64,000 bases of DNA from an uncultured Acidimicrobiaceae bacterium (GTDB taxonomy: Bacteria > Actinomycetota > Acidimicrobiia > Acidimicrobiales > Bog-793), in NCBI GenBank assembly GCA_963836935.1, contig CAWILM010000033.1:13374-77373 (forward strand), in the 5' to 3' direction. This document shows, piece after piece, positions 39,031 to 52,682 of this stretch. Positions within the stretch are counted from its first letter, which is position 1. Every line of letters begins with the position of its first letter. Both the position numbers and the translations under genes were made by a program. A model generated the notes under the pieces. It was not told where the DNA came from and did not search any database. It saw nothing but the letters and a program-made list of their open reading frames with translations.

Positions 39031-39093
39031 GCTCCCGACACTACCGTCGCGCCGGCACGCTCCCCGAACCGCCCCTTCGCACAAGGGCCGGCG

Positions 39094-40638
39094 TCACTCC
39101 CATTCGATGGTCCCGGGGGGCTTGGACGTCACGTCGTAGACCACGCGGTTGACTCCCCGCACCTCGTTTATGACCCGGCTCGAGATCCGCGCGAGCACGT
39201 CGTAGGGAAGGCGCGCCCAGTCGGCCGTCATGGCGTCCTCGCTCGTCACGGCCCGAACGACTATCGGGTAGCCGTAGGTCCGCTCGTCGCCCATCACGCC
39301 GACCGAGCGGACCGCCGGCAGCACGGCGAACCACTGCCACAACTCCGCGTCGAGCCCCGCGCGCCTGATCTCCTCGAGCACGATCTGGTCCGCCGCCCGA
39401 ACGATCCCGACCCGTTCCCGGGTCACCTCGCCGACCACCCGCACGGCCAGGCCAGGCCCGGGGAAGGGCTGGCGCCACACCAGCTCGGCCGGCAGGCCGA
39501 GCTCCGCGCCGATCGCCCGGACCTCGTCCTTAAACAGGAGCCGCAGCGGCTCGACGAGGTCGAGCCGCATCTCGGACGGGAGCCCGCCGACGTTGTGGTG
39601 CGACTTGATCGTCGCGGCGTCGGCCGTGCCCGACTCGATCACGTCCGGGTACAAGGTGCCCTGCACCAGGTACCTGGCGTCCTTGCGCTCGAGAGCGACC
39701 TCCTCGAACAGGCGGATGAAAAGCTGCCCGATGACCTTGCGCTTCTCCTCGGGATCGGTGAGCCCGGCGAGGGCGTGGAAGAACCGCGCCTCGGCCTGCA
39801 CGTGCACGAGGTCCACGGTGAACTCATCGAGGAACGTCTTTTCGACCTGCTCGCCCTCGCCGGCGCGCATCAGCCCGGTGTCGACGAACACCGCCGTGAG
39901 CTGGTCGCCGACGGCCCTGTGGACGAGGGCCGCGGCGACGGCCGAGTCGACTCCCCCCGACAGGGCGCACAGCACGTGGCCGGAGCCGACCTGGGCGCGG
40001 ACGGCCTCGAGCGCCGAGGCGATCACCGAGGCGTGCGTCCAGGTGGGCCTGCATCCGCAGACTTGGAGGAGGAACCGCCTGAGCAGGTCCTGGCCGTGCT
40101 CTGTGTGCGCCACCTCGGGGTGGAACTGGACGCCGTAGAGGGCGCGGGCCTGATCCTCGAACGCGGCGACCGCGACCGCCGCGGTCGCGCCGGTCACCGC
40201 GAACCCCTCCGGAGCGCGCACGATCGAGTCCCCGTGGCTCATCCACACCTGCGCCGACGGGTCCCAGCCGTCCATCAGCACTGAGCCGGGCCGGGCCCAG
40301 AGCTCCGTGCGGCCGAACTCACCCGTGCCGGTCCGGGCGACCTGCCCGCCGAGCAGCTGGGCGAGGAGCTGCGCCCCGTAGCAGATACCGAGCACCGGGA
40401 CGCCGGACGCGAACAGCTCGGCGTCGAGGGAGGGGGCCGCCGGCTCGTTGACCGACTTCGGGCCGCCGGAGAGGATGACGCCGCGAGGCTTGCGGGCCAT
40501 CATCGCCGCGGCGCTCATCGACGACGGGACGATCTCGGAGTAGACGTGCTCCTCCCGGACGCGCCGGGCGATGAGCTGTGCGTACTGCGCCCCGAAGTCG
40601 ACGACGAGGACGGTGTCGTAGCCGGCCGTGCCGGTCAC
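39094..40638 (-). CDS. guaA: GMP synthase (glutamine-hydrolysing)
   Basis: [41 protein letters not shown]. Confidence 0.97.
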   Translation of the reverse strand: MTGTAGYDTVLVVDFGAQYAQLIARRVREEHVYSEIVPSSMSAAAMMARKPRGVILSGGPKSVNEPAAPSLDAELFASGVPVLGICYGAQLLAQLLGGQVARTGTGEFGRTELWARPGSVLMDGWDPSAQVWMSHGDSIVRAPEGFAVTGATAAVAVAAFEDQARALYGVQFHPEVAHTEHGQDLLRRFLLQVCGCRPTWTHASVIASALEAVRAQVGSGHVLCALSGGVDSAVAAALVHRAVGDQLTAVFVDTGLMRAGEGEQVEKTFLDEFTVDLVHVQAEARFFHALAGLTDPEEKRKVIGQLFIRLFEEVALERKDARYLVQGTLYPDVIESGTADAATIKSHHNVGGLPSEMRLDLVEPLRLLFKDEVRAIGAELGLPAELVWRQPFPGPGLAVRVVGEVTRERVGIVRAADQIVLEEIRRAGLDAELWQWFAVLPAVRSVGVMGDERTYGYPIVVRAVTSEDAMTADWARLPYDVLARISSRVINEVRGVNRVVYDVTSKPPGTIEWE

Positions 40639-40646
40639 CTCCCCGC

Positions 40647-41810
40647 TCAGCTCCCCATCCCGATCGACTGGGCCCGCTGCAGCTGCTTGCCCTCGGTCAA
40701 CAGCGCCGGGCCCACCATGACCTCCACCTTGTGAAACTCGCGGATCGTCTCGTAGCCGCACGTCGCCATCGCGGTCCGCAGCGCCCCGAACAGGTTCATG
40801 CGCCCGTCGTTGTCATGTGCCGGCCCGAGCAAGATTTCCCGCAGCGTCCCGCGCCGCTCCACTTTCACCCGGGCGCCCCTGGGCAGGGTCGGGTGGAAGG
40901 CGGCCATGCCCCAGTGGTAGCCGCGGCCCGGGGCCTCCTCCGCCGCCGCCAGCGGCGAGCCGATCATCACCGCGTCCGCGCCACAGGCGATGGCCTTGGC
41001 GATGTCGCCGCCGCGGCTCATCCCGCCATCCGCGATGACGTGGACGTAGACGCCTGTCTCCTCCAGGTGGCGGGTCCTCGCACCGGCCGCGTCCGCGATG
41101 GCGGTCGCCTGCGGCACGCCGATGCCGAGCACGCCGCGGGTGGTGCAGGCGTTGCCGGGGCCGACGCCGACGAGCACGCCGGCCGCGCCGGTCCGCATGA
41201 GGTGCAGCGCCGCGTGATAGGAGGCACAACCCCCCACGACAACGGGGATGTCGATCTCGCGGATGAACCTCTTCAAGTTGAGCGGTTCGGCGTTCTTCGA
41301 GACGTGCTCGGCCGAGACCACCGTGCCCTGGACAACGAGGAGGTCGAGCTCGGCCCTGAGCACGACTTGGGCGAGCTCAGCCGCCCGCTGCGGGGTGACC
41401 GCGCCGCAGGCCGTGACACCCGCCTGTTTGATCTCGTGGATACGCAGGCTCACGAGCTCGGGCTTGACGGGCTCGGAGTAGATCTTCTGCATACGGGCGG
41501 TCGCCGTCTCCACCGGCTGATCGCTTATCTCGCGGAGCAGGGGCTCGGGGTCCTGGTAACGGGTCCACAGCCCCCCGAGGTTGAGGACCCCGACACCGCC
41601 GAGACGGCCGATGGCGATGGCCGTGGCCGGGCTCACGACACCGTCCATGGCCGCGGCCATCAAGGGCAGCTCGAACCGGAAGGCGTCGATCTCCCAGGAG
41701 ATGTCCACGTCCTCGGGATCGCGCGTGCGCCGGGAGGGGACGATCGCGACGTCGTCGAGGCCGTAAGCCTGCCTTGCGGACTTCCCGATCCCGATCTCGA
41801 CCTCAGCCAC
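40647..41810 (-). CDS. guaB3: GuaB3-family IMP dehydrogenase-related protein
   Basis: [36 protein letters not shown]. Confidence 0.93.
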   Translation of the reverse strand: MAEVEIGIGKSARQAYGLDDVAIVPSRRTRDPEDVDISWEIDAFRFELPLMAAAMDGVVSPATAIAIGRLGGVGVLNLGGLWTRYQDPEPLLREISDQPVETATARMQKIYSEPVKPELVSLRIHEIKQAGVTACGAVTPQRAAELAQVVLRAELDLLVVQGTVVSAEHVSKNAEPLNLKRFIREIDIPVVVGGCASYHAALHLMRTGAAGVLVGVGPGNACTTRGVLGIGVPQATAIADAAGARTRHLEETGVYVHVIADGGMSRGGDIAKAIACGADAVMIGSPLAAAEEAPGRGYHWGMAAFHPTLPRGARVKVERRGTLREILLGPAHDNDGRMNLFGALRTAMATCGYETIREFHKVEVMVGPALLTEGKQLQRAQSIGMGS

Positions 41811-41978
41811 GCCAGCCCTCCCGCTCCGCTCTCAGTGTTGCTCCGGGCGTGCCGACGCCGATCAGAAGGGGCTCTGGTCGCCTGTGAGGTTCGCCACGCT
41901 TGCCCGAGGCTAGTTCGGGATCCGCCCGCGCACCGGTGTACGTGTGGGCGCCGGGGCGCGGGCGGCCCTCCGGCGCCG

Positions 41979-42596
41979 TCAGCGCACCACCAGGCGCGCG
42001 GCAAGCGCGAAAGGAAGCGCGGCGAGAACAAGGACCACGACCCGCAGCCACACCGGCGACCCCGCGCCCGCGAAGATCGCCTGGTTCAAGGCGGCGACGG
42101 GGACGTTGGGGAGCGTGCTGTGACTCGCGAGGATCCGCGGCAGGAACTCGGTCGCGATCAGGGCTCCAAGCGCCGCGAGCGGCGCCGCCACGAGCGGCCC
42201 GGTCGCCGCTACCGCCACCCCGGCCGCGACGAACGCCAGCACGGCCGCACCGGCCGCGACCCCGTGGGGCAGGTAGAAGAAGGCCGCCACGCCCAGGCCG
42301 GCCATCACCAGGGCGACCACCGCGCGAAGGTGCAGCGTTGCCCGGGCGGCGTAGACGAGCAGGAGCGCCGTCACGCCGGGGACCAGCACCGCTACCACCG
42401 CCGTGATGGCGTTGAGGGTACGCCGCGACGCACCATGGCCGGCGGCCGAGCGCACGAGCGCGTGCCCCCCGCTTCCGACGAGCCGCTGGGCGGTGTCGCA
42501 AAGCGAGGTGGCCGCGCCGGCGAAGTAGGCGAGCTTGCCGATCCCGACGGCGACCCCCACGGCGATCCCCACGAGGAGCCAGATCCTGCCCTTCAT
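41979..42596 (-). CDS. Hypothetical multi-pass membrane protein
   Basis: MKGRIWLLVGIAVG... followed by several hydrophobic segments. Confidence 0.7.
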   Translation of the reverse strand: MKGRIWLLVGIAVGVAVGIGKLAYFAGAATSLCDTAQRLVGSGGHALVRSAAGHGASRRTLNAITAVVAVLVPGVTALLLVYAARATLHLRAVVALVMAGLGVAAFFYLPHGVAAGAAVLAFVAAGVAVAATGPLVAAPLAALGALIATEFLPRILASHSTLPNVPVAALNQAIFAGAGSPVWLRVVVLVLAALPFALAARLVVR

Positions 42597-42737
42597 CGGC
42601 CTGATTCTCGGCAAGCCACGCCTCCTCGGGTCGCCACCACGCGGCACGATTGTGCCATTGAGGAGGTAGGGTCGCCATGTCCTTCATTTCGAGATTGAGC
42701 GCGACGCGCCCCACACCGCCACCGGAGGTTGACTGCG

Positions 42738-43701
42738 ATGCGAGTCACTCGTTTCGGCCTGCAGATACCGAACTTCACCTTCCCCGGCGTAGCTGACGGA
42801 GAAGCTCTTCGCGCGGATCGCCCAGATCGCGGTCACGGCCGAGGAGTCCGGGTTCGACTCGGTGTGGGTGATGGACCACTTCTACCAGATCCCCAGCGTC
42901 GGGCCGCGCACGGACCCGATGCTCGAGGCCTACACCGTTCTCGGGGCGATAGCCGCCCGTACCGAGCGGGCCAGCCTCGGCGCCATGGTCACGGGGGTCA
43001 CCTACCGCAACCCCGCCTACCTGGCCAAGGTGGTGACGACGCTCGACCTCGTCTCAGCGGGCCGGGCCATCTTGGGGATCGGGGCGGCGTGGAACGACGA
43101 CGAGCACGCCGGCTACGGGTTCGGTTTCCCTCCGGTCGCCGAACGCATGGAACGCCTCGAAGAGGCTCTCCAGATCTGCAAGGCCATGTTCACGACACCG
43201 GCCCCCAGCTTCACCGGCCGGCACTACTCCATCGCCGGAGCCCTGAACTATCCCCGCCCGATCCGCCCCGGGGGCGTCCCCATTCTCGTCGGTGGGGGCG
43301 GCGAACAGAAGACCTTGAAACTGGTGGCCAAGTACGCCGACGCCTGCAACCTGTTCGGCGACGTGGCGACGATCCGCCACAAGCTCGAGGTGCTGAAGCG
43401 CCACTGCGACGCCATCGGCCGGGACCCGGCCGAGATCACGAAGACGCGTCTCGGGGCCCTCGCCATCGCCGAGACGAACGCCGAGGCTGAGAAGAAGGCA
43501 CGCGCCATGGCCCAGGCGCGCGGCATGGACCCGGCGCGCCTGCGCGAGTACCTCGTTGTGGGCGACCCGGACTCGGTCTGCGAGCAGCTCGGCGGGTACT
43601 TCGACGCCGGGCTCGACGGGATGATCTTCAACATGCACGACGCCCAGGACCTCGAACCTGTGCGCCTGGCCGGCAAGACCCTCCGCGGCCTTCTCGCCTA
43701 A
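42738..43701 (+). CDS. LLM-class F420-dependent oxidoreductase (frameshift near 42803)
   Basis: RFGLQIP, WVMDHF, GVTYRNP, GIGAAW, ILVGGGGE, AKYADACN. GGAGG RBS upstream. Confidence 0.9.
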
Positions 43702-43741
43702 GGGCGCCAAGGCCGCGCCACCCTGTGGTTTTGCGCCCTGG

Positions 43742-44359
43742 CTAACTGCCCGGCGCCAACAGGTCGCGGGCGGCATCTTTCACGAGAGCCCCGAGCTCTT
43801 CGGAAGACACGTCGGAGAACACGTCTCCGGTCAGCACGAGCGCGCCCATGACAGCTCCCAGGGTGCACGCCAACCGGACCCGGTCACGCGCCGCGATGGC
43901 CGGATTGGCGAGCACCTGGCGAAACAGGACGTCCAGGTCCTCGTGGGAGGCGTCATGGCGCTCGCGATGGAGCTCGTCCAGCGCGGCCCGGTTGCGCTCG
44001 TGGAGGACGAACAGCGCCCGGTGCCCGAGAATCTGCCCGACCAACTGATCGAGGAGCGCCAGCCACGCCGCGGGGGACATCTCCGCCGGGTCGATCTCGC
44101 TCAAGACACCCCGCCCGAACTCGTGCACCCGCAGATGCAGCTCGAACAAGATGTCTTCCTTGCTGGCGAAATGGTAGTAGATCGCCGCCTTCGAGAAGCC
44201 CAGTCTCTCCGCGATCTGGCGCAGCGAGGTCTTTTCGTAACCCTGTTCGGTGAACAGCTCGAGGGCGATGTCGAGGATTCGTACCCGCGTGCTGGCCTCC
44301 TCGGCCGGCCCCGGGCCCGGTTCCGGTTGCGGCCCGGTCGGCGACACGGGGTCGATCAT
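43742..44359 (-). CDS. TetR/AcrR family regulator
   Basis: [45 protein letters not shown]. Confidence 0.95.
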   Translation of the reverse strand: MIDPVSPTGPQPEPGPGPAEEASTRVRILDIALELFTEQGYEKTSLRQIAERLGFSKAAIYYHFASKEDILFELHLRVHEFGRGVLSEIDPAEMSPAAWLALLDQLVGQILGHRALFVLHERNRAALDELHRERHDASHEDLDVLFRQVLANPAIAARDRVRLACTLGAVMGALVLTGDVFSDVSSEELGALVKDAARDLLAPGS

Positions 44360-44371
44360 CCCGAGCATTCT

Positions 44372-44412
44372 ACTTGACAGCAGGTAAGTGGGTCACTTAC
44401 CATGCGGCAAGT
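44372..44412. promoter_or_regulatory. Tandem palindromic TetR operators overlapping divergent promoters
   Basis: ACTTGAC-agca-GGTAAGT (44372-44389) and ACTTACC-atgc-GGCAAGT (44395-44412). Plus-strand TTGACA-N18-TACCAT (44374-44403); minus-strand -10 TAGAAT (44367-44372). Confidence 0.75.
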
Positions 44413-44444
44413 CAGTAGGGTTCGCGCGGACTGGCAGGAGACCC

Positions 44445-45417
44445 ATGCCGACCGACTCCATGATCCACGCCGAAGGCCTCGAGAAGCGCTACGGAGAGAC
44501 GGTCGCCCTCGCCGGCGTCGATCTCGACGTCCCCGCCGGTGCCATCCTCGGGATGTTGGGGCCCAACGGAGCGGGCAAGACGACCGCCGTCCGCATCCTG
44601 ACGACCCTGGCCCTCCCCGACGCGGGTTCCGCGCGCGTCGCTGGCTACGACGTCGTGGCCGAGGCGCCGCAGGTGCGGCGCAACATCGGTGTCACCGCCC
44701 AGGACGCGACCCTCGACGAGCTTCTGACCGGTCGCCAGAACCTCGTGATGATCGGGCGTCTGAGCGGGCTGCACAGGGCCGAAGCGCGCTTCGCGCGCTC
44801 GCGGCCTGCTCGAGCAGTTCGACCTCGCCGAGGCGGGCGACCGCATCTTGAAGGCGTACTCCGGGGGGATGCGAAGGCGCCTTGATCTGGCGGCCGGCCT
44901 TGTGACCCACCCCCCGGTGCTGTTCCTCGACGAGCCCACCACCGGGCTCGACCCCACCAGCCGCCTGCGCATGTGGGGCATCAAACGCGAGCTCGTCGCC
45001 GAAGGCGTCACGCTGCTTCTCACGACCCAGTACCTCGGCGAGGCCGATGAGCTCGCCGACCGGATCGTCGTCGTCGACCACGGCCGGGTGATCGCGAACG
45101 GCACGGCCCCGGAGCTCAAGACCAAGATCGGCGGGGCACGCCTCGAGGTGACGCTGCAGGCGCCCGATCCGGCCGCGGAGGGGGCGCTCCGGCCCTTCGT
45201 CACCGGCGCGATCCAGGTGAGCCACGACGGCCGGCGCCTGCGGGCACCGGTCCTCAGCGCCGGCGGCCTCGCGACCACGATCGTGCGGGCCCTCGACCAG
45301 GCGGGCGTCAGCGTCGATGACGTGGTCTTGCGCCAACCTTCTCTCGACGACGTGTTCTTCGCCCTGACGGGGCACCCCGTGTCGGATCGTGCGGGTGACG
45401 GGAGGGGCGTCGTCTAA
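44445..45417 (+). CDS. DrrA-like ABC exporter ATP-binding protein (frameshift near 44790)
   Basis: GPNGAGKTT, YSGGMRRRLD, LDEPTTGLD, TTQYL. Confidence 0.92.
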
Positions 45418-45449
45418 GTGCCCGAGGACGACATGGAGGTTGCAGGGCA

Positions 45450-46301
45450 ATGACCGTCGCCGTCGCCCGGATCGTCCCGAGTGCTGCTCCGTCCCGCCCG
45501 CAAAGACTGGTTCGCCAGCTCGCCAACGTCTCCGTGCTCACCGGGCGCAATCTCGTGCACATCGCCCGCGAACCGCTGCAGCTGTCGGACGTCACGATCC
45601 AACCGGTGCTGTTCACGGCCCTGTTCGTCTACGTCTTCGGCGCCGGCGTGGTGCTTCCCCACGGAGGCACCTACGCCAGCTTCGCGATCGCCGGCATGCT
45701 CGCGCTCAACTTGACGACTTCGGCGATGGGAACCGCCGTCGGGCTCAGCAACGACCTCAACGGCGGCATCATCGACCGCTTCCGATCGCTGCCGATGTGG
45801 AAGCCGGCGATACTCGTCGCCCGGTCCGCGACGGACCTGTTGACGGCTCTGATGTGCACCTTCTTCGTCTGCGTGACGGGCCTTCTCGTGGGCTGGCGCC
45901 CGGAGGGCAACGTGGGCGCGACGATCGCCGGCTTCGCGGTCTTCCTCCTGTTCAGCTACTCGCTCTCGTGGGGCTGTGCCTGCCTCGGCATCATCTCCAA
46001 GGGTGTCGAGTCGGCCCAGGGAGTCGGGCTCGTGATCCTGTTCCCGCTCGCCGTCGTCTCAAACGCCCTCGTGCCGACCGAGCGCATGCCCGCCGTGCTG
46101 CGGGTCGTCGCCGACTGGAACCCGATCAGCGCCGTCACCGCCGCCTGCCGCCAGCTCTTCGCCAACCCGAACCCTTCCGCGGCGGTGAGCGCGTGGCCCA
46201 TGCAGCACGCCATAGCCACGTCCCTGCTGTGGTCCATCGGCCTGCTGGCCGTCTTCGCCCCCCTGGCCGCTCACCTGTTCGTCCGGCGCACTCGGGGCTA
46301 G
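45450..46301 (+). CDS. ABC-2 type (DrrB-like) permease
   Basis: QPVLF...VFG, GIIDRFRSLPM, WNPISA and TM helices. Confidence 0.92.
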   Translation: MTVAVARIVPSAAPSRPQRLVRQLANVSVLTGRNLVHIAREPLQLSDVTIQPVLFTALFVYVFGAGVVLPHGGTYASFAIAGMLALNLTTSAMGTAVGLSNDLNGGIIDRFRSLPMWKPAILVARSATDLLTALMCTFFVCVTGLLVGWRPEGNVGATIAGFAVFLLFSYSLSWGCACLGIISKGVESAQGVGLVILFPLAVVSNALVPTERMPAVLRVVADWNPISAVTAACRQLFANPNPSAAVSAWPMQHAIATSLLWSIGLLAVFAPLAAHLFVRRTRG

Positions 46302-46330
46302 AGGTTTCCTCGAGAGCCCAGCCGGCGGCC

Positions 46331-47008
46331 TCACACGGCGCCAGAGAGGCGCAGGAACAAACCGTGGAGCATCTCTGCGGTCGCGCCCCAGATGACGTCC
46401 TCGCCCAAGTCGAAAAAGTGCATCGTGCGAGACACGTCCCCGGCCCGGTCCCAGCGTTCCTGCCAGTAACGGCCGGGAGCGACGAGCGCCCCAAGCGGCA
46501 CGCACAAGACACAGTCGACCTCGTCAGGGTTCGCCTCGAGGGAAAGGCGAGAGCGCGCCGCGGCCACGAAGGGGACGATCGGGGCGGAACGGAGAGGATG
46601 GCCCAGGCTCGAGAGCTCACCGAGCACGTCGAGGCCGTCGGGGTCAAGGGCCACCTCTTCTTTGGCCTCCCGCAACGCCGCCGCCAGCGGTGCCTCGCCC
46701 GGCTCGATCCGCCCGCCCGGGAAGGCGATCTCGCCCGGGTTCGCGCGCAGGTGCCCCGCCCGGCGGATGAGCACGACCGACGCCTGCGAGTCGCTGCCGC
46801 GCTCGTCCTCCGGCATGAGGGTGATGAGGACCGCCGCCCCGACCCCGGCCGGTGCAGGACGGGGCCCCGATCCCGGCGCGCCTTCGCCAAAGGCGCTCCG
46901 GACGGCCCCCATGCTGAGCGCGTCCGGGAGACCGGCAAGCCCGCTCCCGCCCCCGACAGGGTCGATCCGCCTGGCCCAGGGCGGGCGGGGAACCACTTGG
47001 CGGACCAC
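46331..47008 (-). CDS. Nudix hydrolase, CoA pyrophosphatase type
   Basis: HLRANPGEIAFPGGRIEPGE...ALREAKEEV, NPDEV, IWGATA. Confidence 0.9.
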   Translation of the reverse strand: MVRQVVPRPPWARRIDPVGGGSGLAGLPDALSMGAVRSAFGEGAPGSGPRPAPAGVGAAVLITLMPEDERGSDSQASVVLIRRAGHLRANPGEIAFPGGRIEPGEAPLAAALREAKEEVALDPDGLDVLGELSSLGHPLRSAPIVPFVAAARSRLSLEANPDEVDCVLCVPLGALVAPGRYWQERWDRAGDVSRTMHFFDLGEDVIWGATAEMLHGLFLRLSGAV

Positions 47009-47098
47009 CCGCGCAGTGTAAGCCGGAGCCCGATCGCGCCGGCAGCCGGGCACAGGGCCCGGCTGCCTCGCTTCGTCCTTGCGGTCGTCGGATGAGAG

Positions 47099-49023
<1,925 letters not shown>

Positions 49024-49048
49024 TTCAGGGGCCTCCTGTCTGGCTCCG

Positions 49049-49075
49049 TTAGCACTCTCGACTTACGAGTGCCAA
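49049..49075. promoter_or_regulatory. CIRCE element (HrcA operator)
   Basis: TTAGCACTC-N9-GAGTGCCAA directly upstream of groES. Confidence 0.95.
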
Positions 49076-49118
49076 CGATACCGTCCGTGAGCGCCGCTGG
49101 CAACCGCACCCAAGAGGG

Positions 49119-50162
49119 CTACTTCGAGCTGTGAAGCTGCAGGTCAGGGACTGCCCCGGTGTCGAGCGGGGTGGGCCCGGACCGCTCGAGCTGGAAATAG
49201 CCGGCCGCCGCGATCATGGCGGCATTGTCGGTGCACATCGCCCGGCTGGGCAGGTACGAGGGGAGCCCCCGGTCCGCGAAGGCCTCGGCAAAACGAGTCC
49301 TGAGCAGCGAATTTGCCGCCACTCCCCCAGCGAGGCAAGCACCGCGGGCCCCGATCTCGGTGGCGGCGGCGACGGCCTTTTGCACGAGCACGTCGACCAC
49401 CGCCTCCTGGAAGGCGGCCGCCACGTCCGCGTTCGTCACCTCGGGATGAGCCCGGACGTAGCTGATCACCGCCGTCTTGAGCCCGGAGAACGAGAAGTCG
49501 AGGGCTCGCGATGTCGAGGCCCTCGGAAACCGGATCGAGGAGGCGTCGCCCGAGACGGCGAGCCGGTCGATCTCCGGGCCTCCGGGGTAGCCGAGGCCGA
49601 GATAGCGGGCGACCTTGTCGAACGCCTCGCCGGCGGCGTCGTCGACGGTGGCCCCGAGCACGCGGTAGCTGCCCGGCGCGTCGAGCGCGACGAGCAGCGT
49701 GTGGCCGCCCGACACGAGCAGGACCACGACCGGCACCTCGAGCTCGGGCGCCTCCAGCATGGCCGCGTACAGGTGTCCTTCGAGGTGGTTCACCCCGACG
49801 AAGGGGACGTCCCAGGCAAGGGCCAGCGCCTTGGCCGTGCTCACGCCGACGAGCAGGGAACCTATGAGCCCGGGACCGATCGTCGCCGCCACCGCGTCGA
49901 TCCCGACCGGACCGTCGGGGTCCCCAAGGGGGCGCCCGCGGCGGTCGAGGCCGGCCCCGGCCAGGGCGTCGGTCACCACCGGCAGGACGAGCTCGATGTG
50001 GGCGCGGCCGGCGAGCTCGGGCACGACGCCCCCGTAGCGGGCGTGCAGGTCCACCTGGCTCGAGACCACCGATGTCACGATCTTGCGCCCCCGCTCGACC
50101 ACGGCCGCGGCCGTCTCGTCGCAGGAGGTCTCGATCCCGAGCACCCGGCCGCGGGCGGTCAC
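49119..50162 (-). CDS. tsaD: tRNA N6-threonylcarbamoyltransferase TsaD
   Basis: LGIETSCDET, GGVVPE, NHLEGH, SGGHT, DDAAGEAFDK, TDNAAMI. Confidence 0.96.
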   Translation of the reverse strand: MTARGRVLGIETSCDETAAAVVERGRKIVTSVVSSQVDLHARYGGVVPELAGRAHIELVLPVVTDALAGAGLDRRGRPLGDPDGPVGIDAVAATIGPGLIGSLLVGVSTAKALALAWDVPFVGVNHLEGHLYAAMLEAPELEVPVVVLLVSGGHTLLVALDAPGSYRVLGATVDDAAGEAFDKVARYLGLGYPGGPEIDRLAVSGDASSIRFPRASTSRALDFSFSGLKTAVISYVRAHPEVTNADVAAAFQEAVVDVLVQKAVAAATEIGARGACLAGGVAANSLLRTRFAEAFADRGLPSYLPSRAMCTDNAAMIAAAGYFQLERSGPTPLDTGAVPDLQLHSSK

Positions 50163-50792
50163 TTCTCGGGCGGGACTGGTGCCTGACCGGCACCATGCGG
50201 CGGCCCGATGGGCCGCAGGCGGGCTTGGATGACGTCCAGGCGCTGGCGGTAGGCCTCGGTTTGGATGTCGTGAGCCCACATGACGAGGGCGTCCTCGTGC
50301 ACCTCGGAGTAGTAGTTCTTGCGCACGCCGGCGGGCACGAAGCCGAACTCGTGGTAGAGGGCCTGGGCGCCCACGTTGGACACCCGCACCTCCAAGGTCA
50401 GGTGCTGCCCGGAGCGCCGCCGTGCCTCTCGCGAGCTGGAGCAAGAGCCGGCGGGCGACCCCGTGGCGCTGCCATTCCGGGGCGACGCCGATATTGGTCA
50501 CGTGCGCCTCGCCGACGACGACCATCATGCCCGCGTAGCCGACCACGTCGGGCCCCACGCAGGCCACGTAGTAGGCGCGCGTCGCCGGCTGGGTGATCTC
50601 GCTCATGTACAGCCCGAGCGACCAGGGGCTCGGGAAGATCCGCCGCTCGATCCCGATGACGGCCTTCAGGTGCGATCGCCGCATCGGCACGATCTCGAGG
50701 ACCCGTTCGGCGCCTTCACCGCCCTTCGGGCTTTGCGAGGTGCCCGCCTCGCGACGCGGACGCCGGTGGAACATCGAACGCACGCTCGTCAC
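50159..50792 (-). CDS. rimI: Ribosomal protein alanine N-acetyltransferase RimI (frameshift near 50420)
   Basis: FPSPWS, EAHVTNIGV, QRHGVA, then LEVRVSN...GVRKNYY...EDALVM in a second frame. Confidence 0.9.
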
Positions 50793-51494
50793 AAGCCCAC
50801 CGCCTCGCGGCCCTCACGCGAGCTCCAGTTGATGCGGGCGTCCGCCTCCCGGCCGTAGAAAGGCCGCACCGCGGCCGGATCGCGACCCTGGCCGAGCTGC
50901 ATCGCCGCGAACGCCAGCACGCCCAGCGAGGCTACCGCAGGCGCGGCCAGCTCGGGCCCGGCGAACACCGGCCCCGGCCCGCGCCCCGAGCAGCTCGCGA
51001 TGGCGAAGGGCGCCGTCGCCGACGAGGAGCACGGACCCCGCGGATGCGACGAGCGCTTCGAGCTCGCCCGCCAGCTCGGCCGGCGTGCCGACGCGGACCT
51101 CAGACGGGGTCGCGCCCGGCATCAGCCAGGCCACCTCGCCGCGGCGCATGTCAATGACCGGTATCACCACGCCGGGAGAAGGCGGGCAGGCAGCCCGCAG
51201 CACTTCGAGGCTCGTGGCGGTGACGACCGGGAGCCCGAGGGCACCGGCGATCGCCTTCGCGGCGGCGACGCCGACGCGAAGACCGGTGAACAGCCCGGGG
51301 CCAATGTCCACCGCGACGGCGTCGAGCCCGGCCGGCGTGATCCGCGCGATCCGGCAGGCGTCGGCGATGGCGGGGTGCAAGGTCTCGGCCTGTCGCCGCC
51401 CGGGACGCGCCGTGACGGTCGCGAGCGGGCCGGTCTCGTCTGAGACCGCGACGCCCACCTCTATGGTCGCCGTCTCGATGGCGAGGATCCTCAT
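50789..51494 (-). CDS. tsaB: TsaB (frameshift near 50975)
   Basis: ILAIETAT, GPGLFTGLRVG, DMRRGEV. The C-terminus PFYGREADARINW is in a second frame. Confidence 0.9.
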
Positions 51495-51988
51495 GCCCCG
51501 CCTTCCGCGGCGGCAACGGCCGCCTTCGTGAGGCCCGCGCCCCGGACGGCCCAGGACTCGCCGCGGGCCTCGATGGCGACGGCCCGCTCCTCATCGGAGC
51601 GGCCCCACTCCAGTCGCACGACGAGGGCGTCGGCGCCGTAGAGGGGCTCGGCCGCTTCTCCCCACTCGACGACAACGACACCGCCCTCGTCGAGCTCCTC
51701 CTCGAGGGCGAGGTCGACAACTTCCTGCAGGCGGTCGAGGCGCCAGAGATCGACATGGGTCACCGGTGGGGCCGTCCGGTACCTGTGGGCGAGCGTGAAC
51801 GTCGGGCTCGTCACAGGCTCGTGGCCCCCGAGCGCGGCCACCAAGCCCTGCACGAAGGTGGTCTTGCCCGCACCGAGCGAACCCACGAGCAGCACCACGT
51901 CACCCGCGACCAAAAATGGCGCCATCGCGGCCCCGATCGCCCGCGTCCGGGCCGGGTCCGCACTCGTCAGCAGCACCGGGTGCTCCAT
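51491..51988 (-). CDS. tsaE: TsaE ATPase
   Basis: GSLGAGKTTF, VTSPTF, HVDLWRL, VVEWGE. Confidence 0.95.
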   Translation of the reverse strand: MEHPVLLTSADPARTRAIGAAMAPFLVAGDVVLLVGSLGAGKTTFVQGLVAALGGHEPVTSPTFTLAHRYRTAPPVTHVDLWRLDRLQEVVDLALEEELDEGGVVVVEWGEAAEPLYGADALVVRLEWGRSDEERAVAIEARGESWAVRGAGLTKAAVAAAEGGA

Positions 51989-52019
51989 CAAGCGCCCCGG
52001 CGCGGCGGCAGGGCCGGCA

Positions 52020-52570
52020 TCACGGGAGGAACTTCTTCGCCCGGATGAGATCGGCCCGCATCTCCGCGACGACCACGCCGCCGCCCCGCAACGCATAGGC
52101 GGGGTGGAACGTCGGCACGAGAACCCTCCCGCGTAGGGATAGGACCGGCCCCGGAGCGAGGTCACGCCCTCGGTGACGCCGAGCAGCGTCCGGCTCGCGA
52201 AGTTGCCGAGCGAGACGATCACCTGTGGTGACACGAGCTCGATCTGCGACTCCAGGAAATGCCGGCACGTGGCGACCTCCAAGGGCTCCGGGTCACGGTT
52301 GCCGGGGGGCCGGCACTTGACGACGTTCGCGATGTAGCAGCCCGTCCGGTCCAAGCCGAGCTCCTCGGCCAGCAGGCGGTCGAGCAACTGGCCGGACCGG
52401 CCGACGAAAGGCTCCCCGACGAGGTCCTCGTCCCGGCCCGGTGCCTCACCCACCAGCATGAGCGGGGCAGCGGGGTTCCCGGCCGAGAACACCACCTTCG
52501 TGCGGCCGAAGGCGAGGGGACAGGCGACGCAGCCGAGCGCCACCGCCTCTAGATCGGCGAGCGTCGTCAC
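52020..52570 (-). CDS. Uracil-DNA glycosylase, family 4 (frameshift near 52125)
   Basis: CVACPL, GEAPG, PFVGRSG, KCRPPGNR, then TFHPAY in a second frame. Confidence 0.92.
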
Positions 52571-52682
52571 TAGCCGATGATCGTAGCTACCTGACCCCCT
52601 CGCCAGGCGGGAGCCCGAGAGCAAGCTGGGATCCGCGGAGGCTAGGTTGCTCGGGAACCGCCCAGGTTCGAGAAGGGGTCCC

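Noticed and set aside
35941-42698. Long antisense or overlapping ORFs (e.g. 35941..38028, 40578..42698, and many others in the track)
   Set aside because: They are shadow ORFs typical of high-GC DNA, lying opposite well-supported genes, with Arg/Gly/Pro-rich translations and no recognisable motifs.
49119-50792. Apparent RimI-TsaD fusion (557-aa ORF)
   Set aside because: The RimI C-terminus (LEVRVSN...) is in another frame with its own stop overlapping the tsaD start, so the fusion results from the frameshift.
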